Shown piece after piece: positions 49,938 to 62,930 of a stretch of 64,000 nt of DNA. The position numbers were made by a program, and so were the translations under genes. The notes beneath the pieces are model-generated. The model was not told where the DNA came from. It worked only from the letters and a program-made list of their open reading frames with translations, and searched no databases. Location of the stretch: assembly GCA_963695225.1 (NCBI GenBank), contig OY968762.1, positions 640,001-704,000 on the forward strand, in the 5' to 3' direction. Within the stretch, counting starts at the first letter, position 1. The number at the start of each line of letters is the position of its first letter. Source of the stretch: Vulcanimicrobiota bacterium (GTDB lineage: Bacteria > Vulcanimicrobiota > Vulcanimicrobiia > Vulcanimicrobiales > Vulcanimicrobiaceae).

Positions 49938-51319
49938 GCGCCTTCGACATCGACGAAGCCTCGATCCGGAACAGCCTCGCAGCCCAAGGCGCGCCCGACG
50001 CCGCGCGCGTGCGCGAAGTCCTCGCGAAGGGACGCGAGATGAAGGGCCTCGACGCGGACGAGATCGTGCCGCTGATGGCGGCCGCCGATCCCGATCTCGT
50101 CAGCGAGCTCTTCGAAACGGCTCGCTACGTCAAGGACAGCATCTACGGCCGGCGGCTCGTGATCTTCGCGCCGCTCTACGTTTCGAATCTGTGCGCGAAC
50201 GAGTGTCTCTACTGCGCCTTCCGCGTCCGCAACACGGAGATCGTGCGCCGGGCTTTGACCCAAGACGAGATCGCGCGCGAGACGCGCGTGCTGATCGATC
50301 AAGGTCACAAGCGCGTGCTCCTGGTCGCCGGCGAGGCGTATCCGAAGGGGGGCCTGCAGTACATCCTCGACGCGATCGAAACGGTCTACTCCGTCAAGCA
50401 CAACAACGGTGAAATCCGGCGCGTCAACGTCAACATCGCGCCGCTCTCGACGGAAGAATTCGCGCTGCTGAAAGGCGCCCGAATCGGCACCTACCAGTGC
50501 TTTCAGGAGACCTATCACCACGAGACGTACGCGCAGGTCCACGTCTCGGGGAAGAAAGCCGACTACCGCTGGCGCTTGGAGGCCGTCGATCGCGCGATGA
50601 CGGCGGGGATCGACGATTGCGGGATCGGCGCGCTCTTCGGGCTCGCCGACTGGCGCTTCGAGATGCTCGCATTGATGCAACACGTCCGCCACCTCGAAGC
50701 GACCTTCGGCGTCGGCCCGCACACGATCAGCGTGCCGCGCATCGAGCCCGCCACCGGTTCCGAGATGGCCGCCGCGCCGCCGAGCCCGGTCGACGATCTC
50801 AGCTTCCGCAAGATCGTCGCTATCCTGCGCATCGCCGTGCCGTACACGGGAATCATCATGTCGACGCGCGAGAGCGCGGAGATGCGGCACGCGACGTTCG
50901 CGCTCGGCGTCTCGCAAATCTCCGGAGGGAGCCGCACGAATCCGGGCGGATACGCCGAAACCGCGCGCGACGAGGCGAGCCAGTTCTCCTTGGGCGACCA
51001 CCGCTGCCTCGACGAAGTCGTGTGCGACGTCGCCAAGCTCGGCTACGTCCCGTCGTTTTGCACCGCATGCTACCGCTTGGGGCGGACCGGCGCCGACTTC
51101 ATGGATCTCGCACGCCCCGGCGACATCAAGAAGCATTGCGATCCGAACGCCGCTTCGACGTTTGCGGAATACTTGATGGACTACGGCAGCAGCGAAGCGC
51201 GCGACATCGGGGACCGCGCGATCGAGGTCGCGATTTCCGGGATGGACGAGACGCCCGCCCGCCACTCGCGCGTGATGGTCGCGACGGTGAGGCAGGGCAA
51301 ACGTGACGTCTACCGCTGA
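49934..51319 (+). CDS. hydG: H-cluster radical SAM maturase HydG
   Basis: CANECLYC, FQETY, GPHTISVPR, C-terminal CTAC-x22-C. Confidence 0.95.
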   Translation: MSAFDIDEASIRNSLAAQGAPDAARVREVLAKGREMKGLDADEIVPLMAAADPDLVSELFETARYVKDSIYGRRLVIFAPLYVSNLCANECLYCAFRVRNTEIVRRALTQDEIARETRVLIDQGHKRVLLVAGEAYPKGGLQYILDAIETVYSVKHNNGEIRRVNVNIAPLSTEEFALLKGARIGTYQCFQETYHHETYAQVHVSGKKADYRWRLEAVDRAMTAGIDDCGIGALFGLADWRFEMLALMQHVRHLEATFGVGPHTISVPRIEPATGSEMAAAPPSPVDDLSFRKIVAILRIAVPYTGIIMSTRESAEMRHATFALGVSQISGGSRTNPGGYAETARDEASQFSLGDHRCLDEVVCDVAKLGYVPSFCTACYRLGRTGADFMDLARPGDIKKHCDPNAASTFAEYLMDYGSSEARDIGDRAIEVAISGMDETPARHSRVMVATVRQGKRDVYR

Positions 51320-52733
51320 AGCGGCCGCACTGCGCACGGAGACGGACCCGCTCGGGGCGCGCACCCTCCCCGCGGAGGCCCTGCACGGCATCCACACGCT
51401 GCGGGCCGTGGAGAACTTCCCGCTCTCGGGCCGCCGCGTCCATCCCGGATTGATTCACGCCTACGGCGCCGTCAAGCTGGCCGCGATCCGGACGATCCGC
51501 GAACTCGGCGGCTGGAGCGCGGCGCCGGAACGGGCGGATGCGCTCGAGCGCGCCTGCCTCGAACTCGCCGAGGGCTCCCTCGACCGCCATGTCATCGTCG
51601 ACGCGCTCCAAGGCGGCGCGGGGACGAGCCTCAACATGAACGTCAACGAGGTGATCGCGAACCGTGCGCTGCTCCTGCTCGGTTTCGCTCCCGGCGACTA
51701 CCACGCGATCTCCCCGCTCGACGACGTCAACCGCTGGCAATCGACGAACGATACCTTCCCCACCGCGCTGCGGCTCGCAGCGATCCGCGGCATCGGGCGG
51801 CTGGAAGAACGGCTCGTCCGGCTCGTGGAGAGCTTCCAGGCCCAAGAGAAGCGGCTCGAGCGCGTGATCAAGGTCGGCCGCACCGAGTTGCAAGATGCCG
51901 TCCTCACGACGCTCGGTCGCGAAATGGCAGCGTACGCGGACGCGATCGGCCGCGACCGCTGGCGCGCCTACAAGTGCATCGAGCGGCTGCGGGTCGTGAA
52001 CCTCGGCGGTACCGCGATCGGGACGGGCCTCGGCGCGCCGCGAGCATACATCTTCCGGGTCGTCGAGCGCTTGCGCGAACTCACCGGGATCGGGTTCGCC
52101 AGAGCCGAGAATCTCATCGATGCGACGCAGAATGCGGACGTCTACGTCGAGGTCTCGGGGATCCTCAAGGCGTGCGCAGTCAACCTCATCAAGATCTCCG
52201 GCGATCTCCGTCTGCTCTCGTCCGGGCCGGATGCCGGCTTCGGGGAGATCCGCCTCCCCGCGCGGCAAGCCGGCTCCAGCCTCATGCCCGGGAAGATCAA
52301 CCCGGTCATTCCGGAGGCGGTGACCCAAGCGGCGCTCGTCGTATCGGCGAACGATCAGGCGATCGCCGCCGCAGCGGGACTCGGCTCCCTCGAGCTCAAT
52401 CCGTTCCTCCCGCTGATCGCGGACGCGCTCCTGGCGAGCATCGATCTGCTCGCCGGCGCCTGCGAGATCCTCGCGCGCGGCTGCGTCGACGGCATCGAGG
52501 CCGACGCCGAGCGCTGCAGGCGCAGCGTGGAGAGCGCGACCGCGGCCGCAACGGCCCTCGTCCCGCTGCTGGGGCACGAGCGCGCCGAGCACATCGCCGC
52601 CGAAGCGGCGGCCGAAGGCCGGAGCATCCGCGAGTTGGTCGTCGGCGGAGGTTTGCTCGATGCGGCGAGCTTCGATTCCCTGATCTCCCCCGAGGCCGTC
52701 TGCCGCCTCGGCAGCCCGGACGTCCCGGGATGA
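51303..52733 (+). CDS. aspA: Aspartate ammonia-lyase (fumarase/aspartase superfamily)
   Basis: QGGAGTSLNMN, QSTND, GRTELQDA, GSSLMPGKINP. Confidence 0.88.
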   Translation: MTSTAEAAALRTETDPLGARTLPAEALHGIHTLRAVENFPLSGRRVHPGLIHAYGAVKLAAIRTIRELGGWSAAPERADALERACLELAEGSLDRHVIVDALQGGAGTSLNMNVNEVIANRALLLLGFAPGDYHAISPLDDVNRWQSTNDTFPTALRLAAIRGIGRLEERLVRLVESFQAQEKRLERVIKVGRTELQDAVLTTLGREMAAYADAIGRDRWRAYKCIERLRVVNLGGTAIGTGLGAPRAYIFRVVERLRELTGIGFARAENLIDATQNADVYVEVSGILKACAVNLIKISGDLRLLSSGPDAGFGEIRLPARQAGSSLMPGKINPVIPEAVTQAALVVSANDQAIAAAAGLGSLELNPFLPLIADALLASIDLLAGACEILARGCVDGIEADAERCRRSVESATAAATALVPLLGHERAEHIAAEAAAEGRSIRELVVGGGLLDAASFDSLISPEAVCRLGSPDVPG

Positions 52734-53965
52734 TCGCGAGCGCGCCGCGCGGGATGCGGCTGCACATCGGCATCTTCGGACGCCGCAACGTCGGCAAGTC
52801 GAGCCTGCTGAACGCGATCGCGCGCCAAGACGTCTCGATCGTCTCCGAGATCGCCGGAACGACGACCGACCCGGTCGAGAAGCCGATGGAAATGCTTCCG
52901 GTCGGGCCGGTGCTCTTCATCGACACCGCCGGCATCGACGACGCCGGCATGCTCGGCGAAATGCGCGCCGCAAAGACGCGCACCGCCTTCGAACGGACGG
53001 ACCTCGGCATCGTCGTCACGGACGGCGACTGGGGGCCGTACGAGGAAGCGATCGCCGCGGCGCTCGCGGAGCGCAACACGCCGGCGCTCGCGGTGCTCAA
53101 CAAATGCGACCTGGGCGCCCCCTCGTCGCGAACCATGGCGCGGCTCGCCGAGCTGCGACTCCCGTTCGTCCGCACCTCCGCGCATCGCGGCGCGGGGATC
53201 CTCGATCTCCGCCATGCGATCGTCGAGAGCGCGCCCGCCGGCTTCATCGCCAACCCCGACATCCTCGGGGATCTCGTCGGCCCGGGGAATCTGGCCGTGC
53301 TGGTCGTCCCAATCGACACGGAAGCGCCGAAGGGGCGCTTGATCCTGCCGCAAGTCCAGTCGATTCGCGATCTGCTCGACAACGACGCGCTCTGCCTCGT
53401 CGTCAAGGAGCGGGAGCTTCGCTCGGCGCTCGATGGGCTGAAGTACCCGCCGAAGCTCGTGGTCACGGATTCGCAGGCGTTCCTCAAGGTCGCTGCCGAT
53501 ACGCCGCCCGACGTGCCGCTCACGAGCTTCTCGATCCTGTTCTCGCGCTTCAAGGGAGATCTCGTCAGCCAGACCGTCGGAGCGCTCGCGATCGATTCGC
53601 TCCGCCCCGGCGACAAGGTCCTCATCGCCGAGGCCTGCACGCATCACCCGATCGGAGAGGACATCGGCCGCGTGAAGATCCCGCGCTGGCTCACGCAATA
53701 CGTCGGCGGCGCGCTCGATATCACGCTGGTCGCGGGGAGAGATTATCCCGAGGACGTGACGCCGTTCAAGCTGATCGTCCATTGCGGCGCGTGCTCCTTC
53801 AATCGCAAGGAGATGCTGAGTCGCATCCTGAGGGCGAAAGCCGCCGGCGTTCCGCTCACGAATTACGGGCTGACGATCGCCTTCAGCCTCGGCATCTTCG
53901 AACGCGCGCTGCAACCGTTCCCCGCCGCGTACGAGGCGTTCGTGGCGGCCCGCGCCGGCGCGTGA
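52730..53965 (+). CDS. hydF: H-cluster maturation GTPase HydF
   Basis: GRRNVGKSS, GTTTD, DTAG, NKCD, PKGRLILPQ, EACTHH, HCGAC. Confidence 0.96.
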   Translation: MIASAPRGMRLHIGIFGRRNVGKSSLLNAIARQDVSIVSEIAGTTTDPVEKPMEMLPVGPVLFIDTAGIDDAGMLGEMRAAKTRTAFERTDLGIVVTDGDWGPYEEAIAAALAERNTPALAVLNKCDLGAPSSRTMARLAELRLPFVRTSAHRGAGILDLRHAIVESAPAGFIANPDILGDLVGPGNLAVLVVPIDTEAPKGRLILPQVQSIRDLLDNDALCLVVKERELRSALDGLKYPPKLVVTDSQAFLKVAADTPPDVPLTSFSILFSRFKGDLVSQTVGALAIDSLRPGDKVLIAEACTHHPIGEDIGRVKIPRWLTQYVGGALDITLVAGRDYPEDVTPFKLIVHCGACSFNRKEMLSRILRAKAAGVPLTNYGLTIAFSLGIFERALQPFPAAYEAFVAARAGA

Positions 53966-55065
53966 GCGACCTCGAAGCGCTGCTGCGGCGCAGCACGTTC
54001 TCCGACGCCGACGTCGTGGCGCTCCTCGAGCTTTCGGCGGACGAGGAGATCGAACGCTTGCGACGGGCGGCCTACGATCTGACGACGGCCGAGATCGGCG
54101 ATACCGTCCATTACCGGGGCCTCGTCGAGATCTCCAACCGATGCGCGCTCGATTGCCGCTACTGCGGAATCCGGCGCGGGAACCGCGAGGTCGAACGGTA
54201 TTCGCTCGGCCGGGAGCAGGTCGTCGAGGCCGCGCTGTGGGCCGCGCAAGCGGGCTACGGTTCGTGCGTGCTCCAGGCCGGCGAGCGGCGCGATCCCGCC
54301 TTCATCGAGTTCGTCGAAGCGTGCGTCCGAGAAATCAAGGCGCGCTCGGCCGGCCCCTCGCTACCCGACGGCCTCGGAATCACGCTTTCGTTCGGCGAGC
54401 AGACTCCCGAGACGTATCTCCGCTGGCGGAACGCCGGCGCGCACCGCTATCTGCTGCGCATCGAGACGACGAACCCGCATCTCTTCTCCCGCATCCACCC
54501 CCCCGCGCAGCGCTTCGAAGCACGGCTGCGGGCGCTCGACGACCTGCGCGAGAGCGGTTACCAAGTGGGGACGGGAGTGATGATCGGGCTCCCCGGCCAG
54601 AGCCTGGCGGACCTCGCCGCCGACATCCGTTTTTTCGCCGAGCGCGAGATCGACATGATCGGCATGGGGCCGTACATCACCGCGCCGGGGAATGCGATGC
54701 TCGACGCCGGCATGATGGAGACGGCGCCGCTTTTGCAGCTCGCGCTCAAGATGATCGCCGTGACGCGGCTCGTCCTGCGCGACGTCAACATCGCGGCGAC
54801 GACCGCGCTGCAAGCGCTCGTCCCGGACGGGCGCGAGCGCGGAATCGCGTTCGGCGCGAACGTCACGATGCCAAACCTGACGCCGCGCGACGTGCGCAAG
54901 AACTACCGCCTCTACGAAGGGAAGCCGTGTATCGACGAAGCTCGCGGCGAATGCCGCGAATGCCTCGAACGCCGCGTTGCCGCGAGCGGGCGGCGCGTCG
55001 GCTGGAATAGTTGGGGAGACTCCCCCCGCTACGGCCGCCGGCTCGCCGGCGCCGCGGCCCGCTGA
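53962..55065 (+). CDS. hydE: H-cluster radical SAM maturase HydE
   Basis: [40 protein letters not shown]. Confidence 0.94.
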   Translation: MSDLEALLRRSTFSDADVVALLELSADEEIERLRRAAYDLTTAEIGDTVHYRGLVEISNRCALDCRYCGIRRGNREVERYSLGREQVVEAALWAAQAGYGSCVLQAGERRDPAFIEFVEACVREIKARSAGPSLPDGLGITLSFGEQTPETYLRWRNAGAHRYLLRIETTNPHLFSRIHPPAQRFEARLRALDDLRESGYQVGTGVMIGLPGQSLADLAADIRFFAEREIDMIGMGPYITAPGNAMLDAGMMETAPLLQLALKMIAVTRLVLRDVNIAATTALQALVPDGRERGIAFGANVTMPNLTPRDVRKNYRLYEGKPCIDEARGECRECLERRVAASGRRVGWNSWGDSPRYGRRLAGAAAR

Positions 55066-55484
55066 CCCATCGCCTTGACGATCACGCGCTTGGGGCGCCG
55101 TCCGTCGAATTCGCCGTAGTGGACGCGCTCCCAAGGGCCGAGATCGAGCGCCGCGCGCGTGATGGGGACAATCACCTGATGGCCGAGCAGCATCCGCTTC
55201 AGATGGGCGTCGGCGTTGTCTTCGCCCGTGAGGTGGTGGCGGTACTCCGGGCGCGCCGGCGCGAGTTCTTCGAGCCACGTCGTGATGTCCGACCACAAGC
55301 CGGGCTCGTGGTCGTTCACGAACACGCTCGCGGTGATGTGCATCGCGCTCACCAGGACGAAGCCGTCGTCGATCCCCGACTCGCGGACGATCCGCGCGAT
55401 TTCGTCCGTAATGTCGCGAATCTCGTAGCGCTGCGCCGTGTTGAACGTGAGATAGGCCGTGTGCGTCGCCAGTTGTTCGAGCAT
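55029..55484 (-). CDS. yjbQ: YjbQ (UPF0047) family protein
   Basis: [23 protein letters not shown]. Confidence 0.88.
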   Translation of the reverse strand: MLEQLATHTAYLTFNTAQRYEIRDITDEIARIVRESGIDDGFVLVSAMHITASVFVNDHEPGLWSDITTWLEELAPARPEYRHHLTGEDNADAHLKRMLLGHQVIVPITRAALDLGPWERVHYGEFDGRRPKRVIVKAMGQRAAAPASRRP

Positions 55485-55495
55485 CGCGCGCACTT

Positions 55496-55526
55496 AAAGA
55501 AAAGGCCCGCGGTGTCCCGCGGGCCC
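55496..55526 (-). terminator. Intrinsic terminator downstream of rpoB
   Basis: Minus strand GGCCCGCGG-gaca-CCGCGGGCC followed by TTTTCTTT. Confidence 0.8.
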
Positions 55527-55549
55527 TTGCTCCTCGATTCGTACCGGCC

Positions 55550-59449
<3,900 letters not shown>

Positions 59450-59575
59450 GCTCTTTATACTATTCTCTCACTCGACGCGGGTACGGGCCTTTGCTCCGGC
59501 ACAACAATAGGACAACAGGGGACACGCTCCGCGTGCCCGCCTGCGTCCGATATCGACCAAGGGGCATAGACGCCT

Positions 59576-59604
59576 ATGTTAGCACGGGAATCAAGTCCCC
59601 GCAA
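59576..59604 (-). promoter_or_regulatory. Sigma70 promoter upstream of rpoB
   Basis: Minus strand TTGCGG-N17-TAACAT with TGn extended -10. Confidence 0.55.
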
Positions 59605-59623
59605 CTACGCCTGCACCCCGGGC

Positions 59624-59663
59624 AAGAAGAAAAGCGAGGGGCCGACTGGTCGGATCCCCTCGC
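59624..59663 (-). terminator. Intrinsic terminator after the zinc-ribbon gene
   Basis: GCGAGGGG/CCCCTCGC stem followed on the minus strand by TTTTCTTCTT. Confidence 0.75.
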
Positions 59664-59685
59664 ATTGCCTCTCTAAGCTACCGAA

Positions 59686-60015
59686 CTAACGGTAGTTGCT
59701 GCGCGGCTGGAAGCAGTCGCGGCAGTAGACGGGCTTGTCGCCACGCGGTTGGAACGGCACTTCGGCCGTCTTGCCGCAGCGGCTGCACGTCGTCGTGAAC
59801 ATTTCACGCGACCGGCCGCCTTCCGAGCGACCGCCGCCGAACCCGCCCGAGGCGCCGCCGCCGGCTCCGCGCTGCGCCTTGCGGGCAGCTCGGCAATCCG
59901 GGCAACGGTTGGGCTTGTTCTGAAAGCCCTTGCTGGCGAAGAACTCTTGCTCCCCCGCGCTAAAAACGAAAGGATTGCTACAGTCGACGCAGCTCAACGT
60001 TTCATCGGTATACAT
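59686..60015 (-). CDS. Zinc-ribbon protein with CxxC-x17-CxxC domain
   Basis: CVDC...FSAGEQEFF...PNRCPDC, Gly-rich linker, CSRC...VPFQP...VYCRDC. Confidence 0.9.
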   Translation of the reverse strand: MYTDETLSCVDCSNPFVFSAGEQEFFASKGFQNKPNRCPDCRAARKAQRGAGGGASGGFGGGRSEGGRSREMFTTTCSRCGKTAEVPFQPRGDKPVYCRDCFQPRSNYR

Positions 60016-60156
60016 AGTAGTACGAGACTCCAGGCGTCCGGTTGGTGACTTCGACTCGCTACGTACCGAGATAGGAGCTACGCTGCTAACTGTGGTGAAC
60101 CGCGCGGGTTTCGAGCTGCGCGATTCCGACGCCGGGGCCATCGCGTAGCTTCACAG

Positions 60157-60165
60157 ACTATACCA
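60157..60165 (-). promoter_or_regulatory. Extended -10 promoter of the zinc-ribbon gene
   Basis: Minus strand TGG-TATAGT about 140 nt upstream of the ATG. Confidence 0.5.
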
Positions 60166-60190
60166 CAAAAGTCGGAAAAGGGAAGGGGGC

Positions 60191-60631
60191 CTAAAGCCGG
60201 CGCTCCATCGTCCGATGGAAGATCCCCGCATCCCACAGCGTTTCACCCGTTCCGGCGAAACCGGCCTCCTCGTAGAAGCGCGCCGCGTGCGCTTGAGCGT
60301 GCAGGCGCGCGAGCGCGTAGCCGCGCCGCCGGGCCTCCGCGGCGAGCGCCGCCAGCAGCTTCGCGCCCGCACCGCGCCGGCGCATGGCCGGGAGAATCGC
60401 CATTCGGCCGATCTGGACGGTCGTCGCATCGACCTCGTAGAAACGGCCCGCGCCGACCGCTTCTCCTTCACTTCGAACCAGGGCGTGAACGGCGAGCGCG
60501 TCCGTCCGATCGTGCTCGTCGACCTCGAGTTCGGGCGGAACGCCCTGCTCCTCGACGAACACGCGAAGGCGAACGGCGAGCGCGTCGCGCAACCGGCCTG
60601 AATCGGTGATGTCGAACAATTCAACCTGCAC
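60191..60631 (-). CDS. GNAT N-acetyltransferase (ElaA/YjcF-like)
   Basis: RVFVEEQGV..ELEVDEHD, IGRMA, RRRGAG, LHAQ...FY...GF, DAGI.H. Confidence 0.88.
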   Translation of the reverse strand: MQVELFDITDSGRLRDALAVRLRVFVEEQGVPPELEVDEHDRTDALAVHALVRSEGEAVGAGRFYEVDATTVQIGRMAILPAMRRRGAGAKLLAALAAEARRRGYALARLHAQAHAARFYEEAGFAGTGETLWDAGIFHRTMERRL

Positions 60632-61517
60632 GATAGCGTGTTCCCTCATCGTCGGCAAACCGCGCGAGCCGTATCTTTCCGCAATGCTCGCCTCCATCGC
60701 GGACGTCGTCGACTTCCTCGTCGTCAACGACAACTCCGGGCTCGAGCGCAGCGAGAACGTCGCGGCGCTCGAGGCGAGCGCCTTCGCGCGCGACGGGCGG
60801 CTGCGGATCGTCCGCAACCCCTTCGCCGGCTTCGCGAAGATGCGCAACGACGCATTCGCGCCGCTGCTCGCGCTGCCGCGCCCGCCGCAGTGGCTCATGT
60901 TCATCGATGCGGACGAGGTGCACGGCGAGCAGATCGTCTCGATCGCCCGCACGATCCTGCCCCGTTTGGGGCCCGAGGTCGCGCAACTCGACGGCTACAC
61001 GTACCATTTCTACGGAACCTATCGCTGGATCACCGACGTCGCGCGGCGCATGATGTTCTATCGCTTCTCCCCCGAGTTGCACTGGGTGAACGACGTGCAC
61101 GAGAAGCTCGCCGGCTTGCGCGGCTCGGCGGTCGTCCTGCCGTACGTGTATCACCACTACGGCAACGTGCAACTCCCGAGCCGCTACGCCGAAAAGAACC
61201 TCGTCTACTACGAGTTCGGAAACGCGACGCCGCGCCCGCCCGACCCCGGCTCTGCGACGTACGACGTCTTCCTCGCGAAAGCTGAGGCGCTCCGGCCGTT
61301 CCGCGGCACCCATCCGCGCGCGGCGCAACGCGTCCTGGCCGAAATCGGCGCCGAGAACCGCGAACTTTTCGAGGCTCTCGACGCCGCGTTCGCCGCGCGC
61401 CGGACGCCCGCCGTCCGGCGCCGCGCGGCGCTTTCGGAATTGAACGAGACGCTGCGCGTCCGCCTGCGTTCGCTGCAGCATCCGGGCCTGTACCGGGGTC
61501 CGCTCTCCGCGCGATAG
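60609..61517 (+). CDS. Putative glycosyltransferase (GT-A/family 2-like)
   Basis: FAKMRN, WLMFIDADE, VHE, HYG motifs. Confidence 0.7.
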   Translation: MSNNSTCTIACSLIVGKPREPYLSAMLASIADVVDFLVVNDNSGLERSENVAALEASAFARDGRLRIVRNPFAGFAKMRNDAFAPLLALPRPPQWLMFIDADEVHGEQIVSIARTILPRLGPEVAQLDGYTYHFYGTYRWITDVARRMMFYRFSPELHWVNDVHEKLAGLRGSAVVLPYVYHHYGNVQLPSRYAEKNLVYYEFGNATPRPPDPGSATYDVFLAKAEALRPFRGTHPRAAQRVLAEIGAENRELFEALDAAFAARRTPAVRRRAALSELNETLRVRLRSLQHPGLYRGPLSAR

Positions 61518-61561
61518 CGCAGCACGGGGGAGTCTCGCTCCGCGGCTCGAAGCAGCGCGGC

Positions 61562-61924
61562 GTGAACGCCTCGCCGTGCGCGCGTTTCTTGGTGATCGGC
61601 GCGCTCCTCTGTTCGCCCGGCGTCGCCTGCGCGCACGGCAGCTCCCATCTTCCGGCCGCCCCGGGCCGGCAGTCGGCCGCGCGCCCGTTCGGCGGGCGAC
61701 CCGCGTTCTCGATCCCGCTCGGTCCGCACGTCCGCGGCCCGGAGGCAGGTGCTCGCGGCGGAGAGGCTCCGGGAAGCGGGCGCCTGATCGAGAGCATTCC
61801 CAACCCTCACGCCGGCGGGCTCCCGCCGCTCCCGACGCCGCCGTCCGACTTCGATCCGCTCAAGCGCCGGCGGATGGCGCTGCCGCCCGCCGCATCGGCC
61901 GCACCGGCGGAAGCCGAATTCTAA
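61562..61924 (+). CDS. Hypothetical Pro-rich protein with possible signal peptide
   Basis: N-terminal hydrophobic stretch ending ACA; lies between co-oriented genes. Confidence 0.4.
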   Translation: MNASPCARFLVIGALLCSPGVACAHGSSHLPAAPGRQSAARPFGGRPAFSIPLGPHVRGPEAGARGGEAPGSGRLIESIPNPHAGGLPPLPTPPSDFDPLKRRRMALPPAASAAPAEAEF

Positions 61925-62382
61925 GCGTCGATCTCGCTTCGGCGCTCTGCGAGCGCGCCGGTGCGGTCCTGCTCGTCGCATCGCGTTACCCGAACCAGCC
62001 GAACTCGCTGTGGACGCTGCCCGGGGGCCGGCGTCGCCAGGGCGAGTTGCTCGTCGATGCGCTCGTCCGCGAACTTCGCGAAGAGACCTCGCTCGAGGGC
62101 GTCCCGGGAGAGCTGCTCTACGTGAGCGAGTCTTTCGATCGCGCGGGCGGCGTGCACGTGCGCAACGCGACGTTTCGCGTCGCCGTGACGGGTGAGGCGC
62201 GGCTCCCGCCGCACGATGCGCACGTCGTCGCGGTCGAGTGGGTCCCGCGCGACGAGCTGGCGGCGCGGCTGACGCTCGCGGTCCTGCGCGAGCCGCTTCT
62301 CGCCGCGCTCGCCGGAGACGAGCGGCGTTATTACGGCTTCGCCGACGCCGGGATTTCGATCGAGTTCTCCGATCCGGCCTGA
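61918..62382 (+). CDS. NUDIX hydrolase (start uncertain)
   Basis: WTLPGG...GE....ALVRELREETSL Nudix box. Confidence 0.82.
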   Translation: MLSVDLASALCERAGAVLLVASRYPNQPNSLWTLPGGRRRQGELLVDALVRELREETSLEGVPGELLYVSESFDRAGGVHVRNATFRVAVTGEARLPPHDAHVVAVEWVPRDELAARLTLAVLREPLLAALAGDERRYYGFADAGISIEFSDPA

Positions 62383-62930
62383 GCGGCGAGATGCGGCGTC
62401 CATTCTTCGCGGCGCAGCCGGTACAGCACCACGTCGACGGGCTTCCCGCGAACGACGGCGCCGTGCCGCTGCACCGAGAGCTGAACGAAGCCGAGGTGCT
62501 TGAGGAGGCGGCGCGAGGCTAGGTTGGCCGGCACGCAACACGCGTCGACCTGTTTGAGCGCGATGGCGGCGAAGGCCGCGCCGATCAGCCCGCCGACGGC
62601 CTCGCGCGCGTAGCCCCGGCCGCGGTGCGCCGCAAGCAAGCTATACCCGATCTCGCCGATGCCTCGCCCCTGGTCGCCGAAGCGCAAGGAGATCCAGCCG
62701 ATCGCACGCCCGGAATCGAGCGGAATGACAAGCCATTCGAAACGGCCGACGGCGCGCGCGTCGAATCGCTTCGGCCGCGCGGCGACGCGCTTGCGGAACT
62801 CTTCGCGCGTGTAGCGCGGAACGTCCTGAAACTCGCGGAGCTGCGCGCTCTGCATGATGCGCCAGAGCGCGTCGGCATTCTCCACGGTCACGGGTTCCAG
62901 GCGCAAGCGCGCCGTCTTCGGCGCGATCAT
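62331..62930 (-). CDS. GNAT acetyltransferase, RimJ/RimL family
   Basis: TARLRL, EIGY, RGRGYAREA, NLASRRLL..LGF. Confidence 0.88.
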   Translation of the reverse strand: MIAPKTARLRLEPVTVENADALWRIMQSAQLREFQDVPRYTREEFRKRVAARPKRFDARAVGRFEWLVIPLDSGRAIGWISLRFGDQGRGIGEIGYSLLAAHRGRGYAREAVGGLIGAAFAAIALKQVDACCVPANLASRRLLKHLGFVQLSVQRHGAVVRGKPVDVVLYRLRREEWTPHLAAQAGSENSIEIPASAKP

